Positions 1-27,803 of a DNA stretch of 64,000 bases are shown in pieces. This stretch comes from the human T2T-CHM13v2.0 reference genome, Homo sapiens. Both the position numbers and the translations under genes were made by a program. Location of the stretch: NCBI RefSeq assembly GCF_009914755.1, contig NC_060935.1, one strand, 5' to 3'. The notes beneath the pieces are model-generated. The model was not told the origin of the DNA. It ran no database searches and worked only from the letters and a program-made list of their open reading frames with translations. How positions within the stretch are numbered: the first letter of the stretch is position 1; each line of letters starts with the position of its first letter.

Positions 1-2122
<2,122 letters not shown>

Positions 2123-3090
2123 GGGTAGATGTGCAGAAAAACATTAAGAGAACATAATGCAAAGTTCCTGTATCTGGCTTCTCAGCTTATTTTTACACTT
2201 GATCATTTGTATTAGGATTTTACCATTAGGGAAATTCCAAGATAATTTTGTGCAAGTAGAAAACATGGAGTATTACTTAAAGTGATGATTCTGTCAAATG
2301 GTGGTTTTGACGTACACGTTTATATATTGTTGTGGCAGACCAAGTAGATGGAAGGCAGATCTAACACCTGTGTAATTATCAGTTTTTCTAGCTATGGTAC
2401 TGAGGATTCATTCTTATGTGTGTATATGTTTTGAGTTCCTATAGATAGGTCAGCAGTTGCTAGGTTGATTTCATATTTTATAAATTCTAATTTGGTAAAA
2501 TAAGGTCATAGGGGAGAATATTAAATATGCCAGAATAAAACTGGATCCTCTTTCATATCTATGTTATATCTGAATCAAATAATGTTTATAAAATCATTAT
2601 ACATTTAATGGTTGTGTGGTAAGAATGTTGGCTATTTCAGCCTCAATAAACTCACATCCTTTTTGGATGCAGGCATAAAATAAATAGAATGTCATTTAGT
2701 CCTTGAGAACCTTAGAATGATTTTAAATCTGTTTTTCAAATATGATTTGAAATTTGATTTGAAAATATGATTTGAAAATTTCAAATATTTTCCAATATTA
2801 TTTGGAGGAAGTTTAAAGGAATATCCATATAATAAAGTACACATTGAGAAGAATGGGAACATGAATATAACTGGGTAGAAAGTCATTAACTTGTCTTTGT
2901 AATATAATGCTTTTTAAGATCAAAGGATAATATTTTTAGTAAATAGAATGTAGCATCAGCTATTCATGAAATTGGCACCCTAATTTTATTTAAAATCCCT
3001 GCCATAGGTGGGGCATAGCGAAACTCTGTCTCAAAAAAAAATATATATATATATATAGTTAAAGCAGACATAGATTTTTTTTCCTCCTGA

Positions 3091-3604
<514 letters not shown>

Positions 3605-3822
3605 TAAATGCACTTGATTCTTTATTCTTAGCCTTTTAACGCAATACTCAGAATAGCTGAAGCACCAATTAACTGAAATGGAGATATTATAAAGATAGTT
3701 ATCTTCTCCAAGGGAAAAAATCATCTTCATGGAAATTAATTACTTTTTTACAAATTGTGAATTTGACCCTTAAGAGTTTTCTTCCTGATATTTAAAATTG
3801 AAAAAAAAATTGTTGACATTAA

Positions 3823-4971
<1,149 letters not shown>

Positions 4972-5389
4972 TAGGTAACAACTCCATACTTTTTGGTTGT
5001 TTATTAATGTGAAATTTCTGCTAAATGAAATACTTTTGTGTGTGTTTGTGGTAGAAGAGACCACTTCAGTTAAATAAGGAAATCAAGAGAGGATCAATTT
5101 AGGTTCGTTTTAAAGAGATTAAAAAAAATCAAGACATAAAATCTACCCAAGCAGGATAGAAATCTCCACTGCAAAGTTCCATGCCAAAGACATCTGGTTA
5201 TTTTTATTTTTAATGGAAGACTTGAAGGAATGATAGGTGATTAATAATGATCAAACAGAAGTCTTTAAATGTTGGAAAGTATTTACATTAATCTTTGTAT
5301 ATATCATTGGGCATTTTAGCACTTGAGAGAAATAGTTTATTAAAGATATAATCAATCATATGTAACTGAACATTTAGAAAAATTATATA

Positions 5390-5577
5390 CAGGTTTGAGT
5401 AGCCCTTATCTGAAACTTTTGGGGCCAGAAGTGTTTTGGATTCCAGATTTTTCCGGATTTTGGAATATTTGCACTGCCAACTAGTTAAGCACCCCCAAAT
5501 CTGAAAATTCGTTTCCTTTGAGTGTCATGTCAATGCCCAAAAAGTTTCAGATATTTGGATTTGAGATGCTCAACCTG
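5390..5577. mobile_element. Tigger4/MER46-type MITE
   Basis: TIRs CAGGTTTGAGTA...TGCTCAACCTG, flanked by TA on both sides. Confidence 0.8.
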
Positions 5578-5629
5578 TATAAGGATTCAGAAAGTTATTC
5601 TGATTAATGATTTTAAGATTCAGATATAC

Positions 5630-5935
<306 letters not shown>

Positions 5936-6622
5936 AATATACTTCTTTGGCTCCCGTGACTCTTTAGGTCACCTGATCATAACCAGTTTTATTATGTTCT
6001 ATCCACATATATGCTATGGGTAATGCTATTTTGGTCTTGCTTCTTGGGGGAAGTTAAAGAAGAAAATAATGCCCATGTAAGTATTGATAAAGTGCTACAA
6101 TGTAACACTAGCCTGAAGTGCAATAGATAGTATGAGAGGCTAACTAATGATTACCAAGATTCAGAATACTGAAAACTCATTCTGGAGTGTAAAATGGCTT
6201 TGAATTCATAGTTTGATAACTTTGAGCTTAAATTATTTTCATATAAGCCTGAGTGAATTTATGTTCTTGGTATTTGCTAAGCCCTACGAGGTCCAACATG
6301 ATGGACCTGCCATCAAATACAGACAAATACAGGATCTGCCAATATTGGTCATTCATGCAGTTTATTGTTAGAAATGGTTAGAACATGGGGGATATAAATT
6401 TAGACCCACCAAGGAGTATTTTCTGATACTGCATTTGCCTTTCACTGTACCTGATTACCCTTCTTGCAAGTATATGCTATAGTGCCCAGTATAAAATAAA
6501 GGAGAAATTAATTAACTCTTACACAAATCATCTCTAAATACATGCCCTACCAGTAGGTTATCAGAAAGAATTGCCCATTTATGTCACTTAGTGTTAGTAA
6601 AGCTTATTAAAATATGTATTTG

Positions 6623-6914
6623 AGCTGGGCTTGGTGGCTGACACCTGCAATCCCAGCACTTTGGGAAGTGGGAGGATCGCTTTAGGCCACGAGTTTAAGA
6701 TCAGCCTGGGCAACAGAGCGAGACCCTGCCTCTCCAAAAAAAGAAAAAAAATAATGAGCCAGGAATGTTGGTAAATGCCTGTAGTCTTAGCTATTCAAGA
6801 GGCTGAGGTAGGAGGATCCCTTGAGCCCAGGTGTTAGAGGCTACAGTGAGCTATGATAATGCCACTGCACTCCAGCCTGAGTGACCGAGTGAGACCCTCT
6901 GAAAAAAAAATAAA
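6623..6914 (+). mobile_element. AluJ-like element
   Basis: Diverged Alu dimer with A tail. Confidence 0.88.
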
Positions 6915-6964
6915 GTGTGTATTAGGAATTAGAAATAACAGCCTGATATACCTTTAGTATATTC

Positions 6965-7623
6965 TTTTTTTAAAAACATTTTTATTTTTATGGGTCCATA
7001 GTAGGTATATATATTTATGAGGTATTTGAGATATTTTGATATAGGCATACAGTACATAATAATCACATCAGGGTAAATGGACTATCCATTGCTTCAAGCA
7101 TTTGTCATTTCTTTGTGTTACAAACATTCCAGTTAGACTCCTTTACTTATTGTTAAATGAACAATAAATTATTTTTGACTGTGGTCACTCTGTTGTGCTA
7201 TCAAATACTACATATTATTCATTCTAACTATTTAGTTGGACCCCTTAATCATCTCTACTCCCTACCCCCATCTACTACCCTTCCTAGACTCTGGTAACCA
7301 TCATTCTACTCTATCTCCATGAGTTCAATTGTTTTAATTTTTAGCTCCCACATATGAGCGAGAACATTGTGAAGTTTTGTCTTTCTGTGCCTGGCTTATT
7401 TCACGTAACATAATGTCCTTCAGTTCCATCCATGTTGTTGCAATTGACAGGATCTCATTCTTTGTATCCATTGTGTATATATGTATCACATTTTCTTTAT
7501 CCATTCATCTGTTGATGGGACACTTAGGTTCATTCCAAATCTTGCCTATTGTGAATAGTCGTGCAGTAAACACTGGATTGTAGATATCTCTTTGATAGAC
7601 TTTCATTCTTTTGGCTATGTATC
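6965..7623 (-). mobile_element. 5'-truncated L1MA-type LINE-1 3' end
   Basis: Antisense L1 3' UTR/ORF2-end motifs; 13-bp TSD ttagtatattctt at about 6954 and 7624. Confidence 0.85.
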
Positions 7624-10190
7624 TTAGTATATTCTTGATTGTATGGGTTTTAGTAGTAGAGTGCTAGATACCATTAAAACTTTTCAGATCATTTAAAATT
7701 TTAAATTTGCTGTTGCAGGGTAGTAGCTCTTGCTTAGTATCACATAATTAGATTTATTAGATATCTGTGCTCCGCAAAAGATTTTTTTTTCAATATACAA
7801 GATTAGCTTTTAATTTTTTTCTGGAAAAAAATTGTAAAATCTTATTTAACAGTATGAGAAGAATAGTAGTTTTTGTTTTTTTCTTTCCCTTGGTACTCTA
7901 TGGATTCTGTCTTGAGAGCTTTTAGTAGTGAGCTAGCATATTATATAAACTCCCAGGCTTCAGCTGCTTGGGCCCTATATTTAGTTCACTTGCTAGTAAA
8001 TGACTTCACTTCATTTGGGTCCTGCATTATTCTGCATATCAGAATTACCTCATTTTCTTTATTTGAAATCTTTTTCCACTAGAGTTAAAAAAAAAAAGTC
8101 TTTTTTTTTTTTAATACTTGAGAATGTCTGTCGGTTTACTAAATCTTTCAAGGGAATGAAGGAAATCCTTTAAAAAGCAATCTAAAATGCTGAATATTTT
8201 ATGATACTGGTTTCTAGCATTAGGCCTTTGCACAAATACTAGCCTTTGTATTAGGAATGAACAAATCTATGAATAATTGCTAAATACAGTTAGTAGTTTC
8301 TAATTTGTGTTTATATATAAATTTCAGGTAAATAATTTACCCGACGTTCAGAAGCTATACAATTGCTATGCCAAATTACAGGCTCTGGGTTTAGAGTGAA
8401 AAATAAGAGGCTCTTATTTGTAAACAAAGACTAGTGCAGGCATTTTGGTTGATGTTGCCTCGATAAAAAACTAAAAATAGATTTTATGTCATTTAGATCC
8501 AAGAGTTAGAAGAGTTAGTAAGTATTCAGGTATATCAGTGAAAATATATTGTAGTCCTTAATCAGATACTGTTTTAATATCTAGTGTAATTTTGCATGAA
8601 AATGGCAGATACCACTACTCTGTTTAAGTATTTGTTTGTACTTTATTTGGGACCCTGCCAATTCTGGCCTAGTTTATGACTAGATTACTTATAAATCTGA
8701 TAAGGCAGTAAGCTAAAGTGTCTTATACTTGATTTTTCAATTTTTGTTAAAATATTTTTTATTTCATAAATGAAAGCAGGAAGTGGAAACTAACCAAATT
8801 AAATATTTTTGAGCAAAGCACAGTAGGAATGCACATATCCTGATTTCTGAGGTAAACGATTTGTGTTTAAACTCAGGTTTATGTGTATTCTATTTCTTTG
8901 TGCAACACAGAAGTGTAGTAGGGATATCTTAAAATAGACAGGGGACAGTGGCCAGAAATTGTTGACTACTATAGATGGTGAGGCTGTCTAACTCTTGCAG
9001 TGATACAAGCCAGAAGTACGTGCTAAGGGCATTGATTTGCTTAAGGTCAGCATGTTCTAAATTGAGCTGCTTGAGTATGGTTTCTGTCAAGAACACGTAG
9101 GGCTCTTAAACGTGTAAAAGGCTTTAGCGGCAGAAGGTGCTGTATTTATGAGGTGTGGTGGCAACATTTAGGTCATGAATTTCTTTTTCTTTTTCTTTCT
9201 TTCTTTTTAAATATAGAATTTTAGCCTGCGATTCTAAGTCATTTCAGAACACAGAGACAGGAAAGTGGGCTGTAAAAATAACCTGTGTAGCAGTTATATT
9301 CTTTGCTACTCTACTGAGTAATTTAGCATTAATTGCTGTTGAGTTTTAAAAAATGCTATTTTGCATGTAATAGTTAACAAAAAGGTATGTAATGATAAAC
9401 AGTTAATTTAGACATATTTGTTCTTTCATGGCATTCTTACCTCTCATGCCTTCTTAGATCCAGAAGTATCAAAGTTTCTGTAACAAAATTAAGCTACATA
9501 GGAAGACCCGTAAAATAACGGCTAATATTTTACATAGGGTACTTTATGATGAAACACCGTGTATGTATAATGCATCATTTTTTCAAAGTGCCTTTCGTTA
9601 TATTTTCTAGTTTGTTTCTCACTTCTCTATGGGGTAGTTAAGACTGGGTGGCATTATTCTTTGATAAGGAGAAAACTGGGACTTATGTAAGTCAGACAGG
9701 TTCAAATTCACACTGTAAGTTTAACTTTACAAATTTTGTTAGGCCTTTTTGGGTGCTGGTACAGTGCTAGGTGCTAAGAATACAAAGGTGATTTATGTAT
9801 GTTCATTAATTTATTTGATTAATGATTTCATCATTTAATGGAGGGGAAAAATAGTTTGCTTCAAGAAATGCCAGGGTGGAGAGGTGTGTGCAGGGTGATA
9901 TAGGAACCCAAAGGAGGGCTCCGAGCCTGATCTGAGGGGCAGGGAAGGCTTCTAGGGGAGCGATGACCCCAGAATGACCCTTGAGAGCAGAGCAGAGAAG
10001 GAGCCAGGGTTGACTGGTCTTGAGCATTTTCTCTCACTAAGCCACTCTTAACCTAAAAAAGCTCAGCATTGGGATGAAATTGCTGGTGATTTCTTTTGTA
10101 TATCATAAAGTAGTTGTTTGGGAACCTTTATTAGACAAATACAAGATTGTCAATTGAGTTTAGTTTTAATAGAAGATTAGGAAATTCTAA

Positions 10191-10496
<306 letters not shown>

Positions 10497-10639
10497 AAAT
10501 GAAATGGTTTTCAGCGCCATACCTGTGGCTGCAAATGTGTAGTACTTTACTACATAAAGGACTTTACATAGACACAGATAGTCGACTACATATATCGGGC
10601 CTTCTATTAAAAATTCTAGCAGAGCTCTTAAGTTTTTTT

Positions 10640-11135
10640 GTTTTGTTTTTGTTTTTAAAAACAGCTTTATTGAGATATAATCTACATACCTTGAAATTCA
10701 TTCATTTAAGTGTACAATTTAATGGCTTTTAGTATATTTATAGTTGTGCCATCATCAGCACAATCAATTAAAATTTTAAGTTTAAAATTTTTTTGGCCAA
10801 ATTATTTCTCACCTGACACAATTTTTGAATATTTACATTACCCTCAAAAGAAGCCCGTGTGCCTTTTAGCCATTGTTCCCCAGTCTGCCCATCACCCCCA
10901 GCCCTAAGCAACCACTAATCTACTTGCTGCCTGTGTAGATCATCTATTCTGGACATGTCATATACATGTAACCATACAATATATGGTCCTTTTCGACTGA
11001 GTTTTTTTTTCACTTAACATAATATTTTCAAGGTTCATCCATGTTGTAGGATGTATCAATACTTACTACTTTTTATTACCAAATAATAAACCATTGTGTA
11101 GATATATACCACATTTTACGTATACATTCATCAGT
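10640..11135 (-). mobile_element. L1MB-type 3' end fragment
   Basis: acagctttattgagatataat...aagtgtacaatt pattern typical of L1MB 3' ends. Confidence 0.75.
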
Positions 11136-11344
11136 AGAATGTATTAAAATTGTGTCAATGAAAAGATATGTGAATAGAAACTGTAATATGGTCCAAGATT
11201 AAATATCAAAATACTTTAGTGCCTCTAAAATGTAAAGTGTGGTGCTTGGTGCTGCTTGTACAGGAGGAGAACAAAATGAGTCTCTGCTTTTATGGTGTTT
11301 GCAATCTAATGGGTAGACAAAGAACAAAAAAAAGTAGTTGGAGA

Positions 11345-11675
<331 letters not shown>

Positions 11676-12402
11676 TTAGTTCCTTTTTTTTCTTTAACTT
11701 TTACATTGAAATTATCTTCAACATACAAAATAAGTAAATTTAGGCATACGAAAAAGTTGTAAAAATAGTACAAAGGATTCCTGTTATCCTTCATGCAGAT
11801 TCCCCAGTGTTTCACGTTAGTGTTTGACCACCCTAGTTTTATCAATCATTCTCTCTTTACACACCCACACACCCACCCTCACCTACCCACCCACCTACCT
11901 TTTCCTACAGGGTGTGATACGAAGTTGCTTTACCTCTAAATGCTTCAGTGTACATTTCCTAAACATAAGGACATTCTCTTGCATAACTTCAGTACAATTA
12001 TCAAAATCGTCATCAGTTAACATCAGTTCAATATTATTGATTTGATGAACTGTTTAAACTATTTTTTTTTCTTTTCTTAAAGACAAGGTCTTGCTTTGTG
12101 GCCCAGGCTGGAGTGCAATGGTGCAGTCATAGCTCACTGCAGTGTCAGACTCCTGGGCACAAGCAATCCTTCTGCCTCACACCTCCTGAGTAGCTGGGAC
12201 TGCAGTCATCAGCCACCCAGCTCATGAATGCAATTTGGTTTTGAGGAAATTAAAATCAACTCAATACTGTTAGCTAATTTACTGACTTTATTTAGATTTT
12301 GCCAACTGTCCCACTAATGGACCTTTTTTTCTCGTGCAGAATTCAGTCCTTCATCACATGTTTACATTATTTGCCCTGTCTCATTAGTGTCCTCTAATCT
12401 GG

Positions 12403-13045
12403 TGATATATCATAATGATGTCATTCTCATGTCTCAAAATGGAGTCACTCATGTCAAGTAGCATTGAGCTCACAGCAAAGTCGCCCCTTCCCCCCCAGCG
12501 ATAAACATATGTAATGGACTGCTGTGACAACATCTGCCCTCACCGGGTACCACCTGAGACTTGAAACGAACCCGTAGAAAGTGAAAGGTGGCTGAGATAA
12601 TGAGAATAGACCCATTTGGGAGGATCATAAAATGTGCCAGGACGACACGCTTTTAGAGGCTGTGCCCAGGAGACCTCTGAAGCTTCCTCCCGATTTGGCA
12701 TCTGCTGCCACCTGGAGAGAAGCAGCCACCACCGCCCCCCCCCCACAACTCCACCCCATCCCCGCCCATGGCATCCGAAGGACTTCGGGACTGTTCGGCT
12801 CATCTGTTTGCCTGTTGGTCTCCCTAGCCAGGGTTGTGCTTTGTTCCCCACAACCCCCTTTTCTTCTGCCTCTGTGTTGAATATTGGTTGTGTGATTGGT
12901 TGGCTGTGGAGGCCTCGCAATAAAACGTGAATTCAAGCTTATGTTGCGTCGTTATGAAACCTTCGGGCGTAGGCTCCGCCTGTGGTCGGAGTCAGCGCAC
13001 CTGCGCAGAACCTCGTTCACATAGTACCCAGGTTAAGGCCCGACA
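12403..13045 (+). mobile_element. Solo LTR, probably ERVL class, CpG-rich
   Basis: TG...CA termini, degenerate 5-bp TSD (tctgg/gctgc), TATA-like cataaaa near 12626 and AATAAA at 12919-12924. It interrupts otherwise contiguous L1MC-like sequence. Confidence 0.72.
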
Positions 13046-13911
13046 GCTGCAGCAGCTCCTTACATCTTTCTTTGCCTTCATGCCTCTGACACTTTTGAAG
13101 CGTACTGGCCAGCTATTTTGTAGACTGTTCCTCAGTTTGCTTATGGCTGATGTTTTCTCACGATTAGATTCAGGTTTTGCACTTTTGGCAGGAACTTCAC
13201 AGAACTGATGTTGTGTCCACACATATTGAGAGGCGCATGATGTCAATTTGTCCCATTATTGGTAAGGCGAACTTTGATCACTTGGTTGAGGTGGTGTAAC
13301 TGCCAGGTTTTTATCACTATAAAGTTACCATTTTTTTCTTTGTAATTAATAAGTACAATATCTTGTGGAGAGATACTTTGAGACTATTCACACGTACTAT
13401 TTCTTATCTTGTATTCACTGACCAATTTTAGCATTGTTGATGAGTTTGGCCTTAACTGAGGTTTGCCAAATGGTTTTCTAATTCTGTAGTTCCTCTATTA
13501 GGAATTCTTCCACAAGAAGAGCTTTTTTTCCCCCTCCCTTCCTTTCTTTCAGTATGGACTCATAGATTTTTGTTTAATTCAATGGGTTGTAAATATCACT
13601 CATCATTCTTTGTTTTGTTCAGTAAATTATCCCAGATGGTTCAGAGAGAGCATCTTTCTTTAGGCTTTTTCCAGTGTCCCTGTGGTATGGCCGCATCCTT
13701 TCTTCAGGGTTTACTTTCTGGCACCACAGATGTTCTGACTTACCTTGTGCTTTTTCTGTCCAGCCCTTGGATTGGACCTCTAAGGAGCACTTGTTCCTTT
13801 TATTGGAGAATGGCTTTTGGAAAACAGGACCTGGACACAGGTCAGGTATGCTCAGTGGTTCTAGGATATTACTTCTTTTAGGTCTTTTGAGTGGCAAAGT
13901 TAGAAAATATA

Positions 13912-18152
<4,241 letters not shown>

Positions 18153-18189
18153 TATGTTGATATATTTGTGGGTGTTTATGTGTGTAGTA

Positions 18190-20118
<1,929 letters not shown>

Positions 20119-20582
20119 CTTATTTGTTGTTATATAATGGTAAACCAGTGCGTTTGATTCAATAAGTGATTTCAATAATATGAAGAAGATAAGAATAATA
20201 ATATAATCAAATTTGCATAGAACGAGTGGACCAGGAGCTGTTAATTTTAATCTTAATGCTATTACTGATTTTTATATGTGACTTTTGAGGCTACTTAATT
20301 TTATATGTTTGTACATTAATGAGTTAAAGTATGTATTTCTATCCTCTTTCCTTAGGTGTGACATTAGATTGTAAGACAGTAATACATAGATGTTAAAGAA
20401 TACTAGTTAGGCATAGGGCAAAAACATTTTTAAAGGCTTGGTCACAAAGTGAGTTTATTTAATTCTGTACACTGTAGCTGTAAAATATGTAGTAAATGTA
20501 ATACCATGCAAACCAGTCTGATCTGTCATTTCATATCAGGTTTTAATGACTGTATTTAAGAATTGTTTATACCCATTAGATG

Positions 20583-20912
20583 TGGTTGTCCCTTGATATC
20601 TGAGGGATTGGTTCCAGGACCCCCCACGGACATCAAAATCCACAGACACTCAAGTCCCTTATATAAAATGGCATAGTATTTCCACGTAACCTATGCACTG
20701 CCTCCTGTATACTTTAATCTCTAGATTACTTATTATAATGCCGAATACAATGTAAATGCTTTGTAAACAGTTATTATACTGTATTGTTTAGGGAATATTT
20801 ACAAGGAAAAAAAGTCTGTACGTGTTCTGTACAGATATGATCGTCTGTTTTTTAATCTGTGGTTGGTTAAGACCATGAGTGTAGAAACTGCAGGTACAGA
20901 AGGCTGACTGTA
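20583..20912. mobile_element. MER2 (Tigger-family MITE)
   Basis: gattggttccaggacccccc...caagtcccttatataaaatggc; ends ggctgactgta. Confidence 0.8.
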
Positions 20913-21396
20913 GTTACTCGTAGGTTAAAAGAAGACTTTAGTGGTGGTTTTAAAATTTTTGGAATAAAAGCCTTTAATGTCAAAGGTTATTAGTTTTTTT
21001 TCCTTGTGCTATATATGTAGCTTTGTTTTAAAAGTGCATATAGCTTCATGAATGTACTATGTCAATAGAATGTAATGGTATCATGGATTAGATGTCCTTC
21101 CCGACCTCACACACTTCAAAATGTGTGTACCTATTTGTTCTGAGTCTTCAGCATTTTCCTGTGAATGGAATTCAGCACGCTGAATGTTATTAACAGCATG
21201 TGTGCCACCATGAAAGAGTGCCAGTTCAGTGGCCAGTGAATAATTTAGGCATCAGCTGGTGTGGCAAGATTGTATTACTTAGGACAGAGAATCTAATATG
21301 TGCTAAACTTTGACATTAAAAGGAACAAACATTTCTTTCGTGAGAAAACATTGCATTACAAAGAATGTCGTGTATATCTAAAAACCAATATACTAA

Positions 21397-25190
<3,794 letters not shown>

Positions 25191-25239
25191 AAAGTGTGTT
25201 TTGACTTTATATATGTGCTTGGTTGTTTTATTCTTGTTG

Positions 25240-25264
25240 GTGTGTGTGTGTGTGTGTGTGTGTG
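25240..25264. repeat. (TG)n microsatellite
   Basis: Read directly; a second (TG)n lies at 26098-26126. Confidence 0.95.
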
Positions 25265-25299
25265 AGTGAGACAGTGAGTGATTTTAAAAGATATTCTCC

Positions 25300-26095
25300 T
25301 TATGAAACTTTTGGGAAAATACCTTCAATTTTATGACTTGCTTTTTCACTCCCCAGGCTGTCTTAGGTGAATACATGGTCTTAATTTTAATAATTTTAAT
25401 ATAGTTTAATATGTTTTTATTTTTGAAAGATTTCCCTTATGATTATGATTGCCATTTGTGTCCTATTTAAGAAGTGTTTACCTTCCCTAAAGTAACTGTG
25501 ATATTTTCCTGTTTCCTTTTTAAAGCTTTATTCTTTCACCTTTTACATTTTGATTTGCCACCCATCTGGAATTGATTTTTGTGTATGATATGAGGTAGAG
25601 ATTAAGATGCATTGTTTTCCCCATGTGGCTATCCCTAAACTGAGCACCATTTATTATTCTACTGCATAACAGTGACAGCTGCCATATTCATGAATCAGAT
25701 GACCTCATATGTGTGGGTCTGTTTTTGGACTCTTTATTCATCATTTTGACTGTTCTTCTGCCTGTGTCAGTGTCATTACCATAACTGATAGTGTAAATCC
25801 TCCTGATTGTTCTTCAAGGGCCTATTTTTTTGTCCTTTGCATTCTAGGTGAATTTTATAAACTGTAAATTTCTGCAAAACTATTTTAATTTCAACGTATA
25901 TTTTCTCCTAAGTATGTTTTGAGAGTTACTTTCTGTCTGCACTTTAATTACATCATTCCATTTAATTCTGCCTTCTATTATTTCCATAGAAAATTGGCTA
26001 CTTTGATAGCAATATGTCCTTTTCCCCCCTCTGGCTGCATTTAGGGTTTTTCTTTGTCTTTTGTTTAAGCACTTGATCTACAGGTGTGTGCCTAG

Positions 26096-26128
<33 letters not shown>

Positions 26129-26445
26129 ATTCTGCTTGGGGTTTATAGAGCTTCTTGAATCTCTTAATAGCTTTCCCCAGTTTTGGAAAATTCTCAGGCA
26201 GTGTCTCTGCAAGTATTTCTTTTAACTTTTTTTTTTTTTTTAACATTTTCTCTTTCTCCTTTGCTTCTGGCATTTTAGTTCTATATATATAAGACTTTAA
26301 AAATGATCTGTATATTTCTGATGTTTTCCCTCCCCTCAATACTTTTTTTATATTTCCTTTTACTGCTTTTCTGTTTCAATCTGTGTATTTTCAGTCTGGC
26401 CTATCTTTTAAAAATTCCTCTTCTCACCAATATTTTACTGTAAAA
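25300..26445 (-). mobile_element. Degraded old L1 (L1M/L1ME) fragments
   Basis: catctggaattgatttttgtgtatgatatgaggtag is antisense L1 ORF2-like; the minus-strand ORF EILAETLPENFPKL resembles L1 ORF1. Confidence 0.6.
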
Positions 26446-26484
26446 CATTAAAAAAATAGTAATAATAAAATAAAAAGGATGGAT

Positions 26485-27120
26485 TTGTGAACAAAAGTTC
26501 TCTGAAAAGGAATTTAGAGGAAAGAGGCTTTATTCGAGTGAGCAGTTTGCAAACTAGGAAGGCATAGCCTTCTGTGTAAAAATGAAGATACTTTCCAGAG
26601 ATCAAAGGGAGGGATTATCTTTTTATTTATTTATTTTTTATTTATTTGCCCAGAGATCACCCTCAACCTGAGGGAGGTATTGTCTTTTATAGAGATCCCA
26701 CCCAGGTTCCCACTCAAGTCCATTTATGCAAATGGAGGATTAGAACTTGCTCCCTTCTTCCCTCCTTCCCTCCTTTTTGTTAGAGACGGGATCTTGCCAT
26801 GTTGCCCAGCCTGGCCTCCAACTTGTGGCCTCAAGTGATCCTCCCATGTTGGTCTCCCAAAGTGTTGGGATTACAGGTGTGTCACCACACCCAGCCCAAA
26901 CTTGCTTAGTTCTGATTGGTTGACTGGTTGGTTCAGGCAGAATATATAGGAACAGGAAGCTATGAAAGTCCCAAAGTTAAACAGACATGTAAGTTTCCCT
27001 GGAACTAATAGTAAGTGTGTGACCTCTAATCAGCAAGTGGCTGCTTGACTCTTATTTTTAATTTAGACCCAGTTAGCCACTTAGGATCCATCTTGAAGGA
27101 TTGGCTCTTTTGGGGTTCAG
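26485..27120 (-). mobile_element. ERV1-class solo LTR (family uncertain), interrupted by an Alu monomer at 26760-26897
   Basis: Minus strand reads agagccaatccttcaagatggatcc...; the LTR resumes across the Alu at TSD-like aacttgct; octamer ATGCAAAT at 26726-26733. Confidence 0.6.
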
Positions 27121-27658
27121 ATTATACAGCAAACACACATACACCCACCACCTGGATTCTACAGTTAACATTTTGCGACATTTGCTTTATCCCATCTTTC
27201 CCTCTATCCATTTATCAATACATTTTTATCTTATGAGGCAATTCAAAGTAAGTTATAGATACCAGTACACTGTACTGCTAAACACTTCAGCATGTGTATC
27301 ATAAAGTAAAGCTTAATATTTGTTTATGGTTCTTTTTTTGGAGGTAAATTTTATATATGGTGAGATGTACAGGTGGTATTTATAAGTCAAGTTATGAGTA
27401 GCCATTTGTTGAATTTGTTTTTTTAAAAAGTAGATTCCAGCTTTCTGCTGAAGTTCTCTGCCATTCCATCCATTTTCTTGCACATTTCTATTGTTATTTT
27501 AAAGTCCCTGTTTTAAAATTTCAATAGCTGGATAACTGTGGTGATGCTTCTACCAATATCTTTTCCCCCATTGGTTTTTGGCATTTGATTATATTTCTTG
27601 TTAGAATGACAACTTTGTTTTTTAGCATTGGTCCTTGGGTATGAAAAATTCTTGACAC

Positions 27659-27710
27659 GTGCTGTTCAATATGGTAGCCACTAATCACTGTGGCTGGCTG
27701 GCTGGCTATC

Positions 27711-27803
<93 letters not shown>

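Noticed and set aside
3009-3057. Orphan Alu 3' tip with A tail and (TA)n
   Set aside because: Ordinary severely truncated Alu remnant.
12540-13246. Overlapping ORFs on both strands in the GC-rich island
   Set aside because: Expected from high GC content in an LTR; no recognisable domain or splice support.
21170-21185. Short inverted repeat attcagc-ac-gctgaat
   Set aside because: 7-bp arms are expected by chance in 64 kb; no supporting context.
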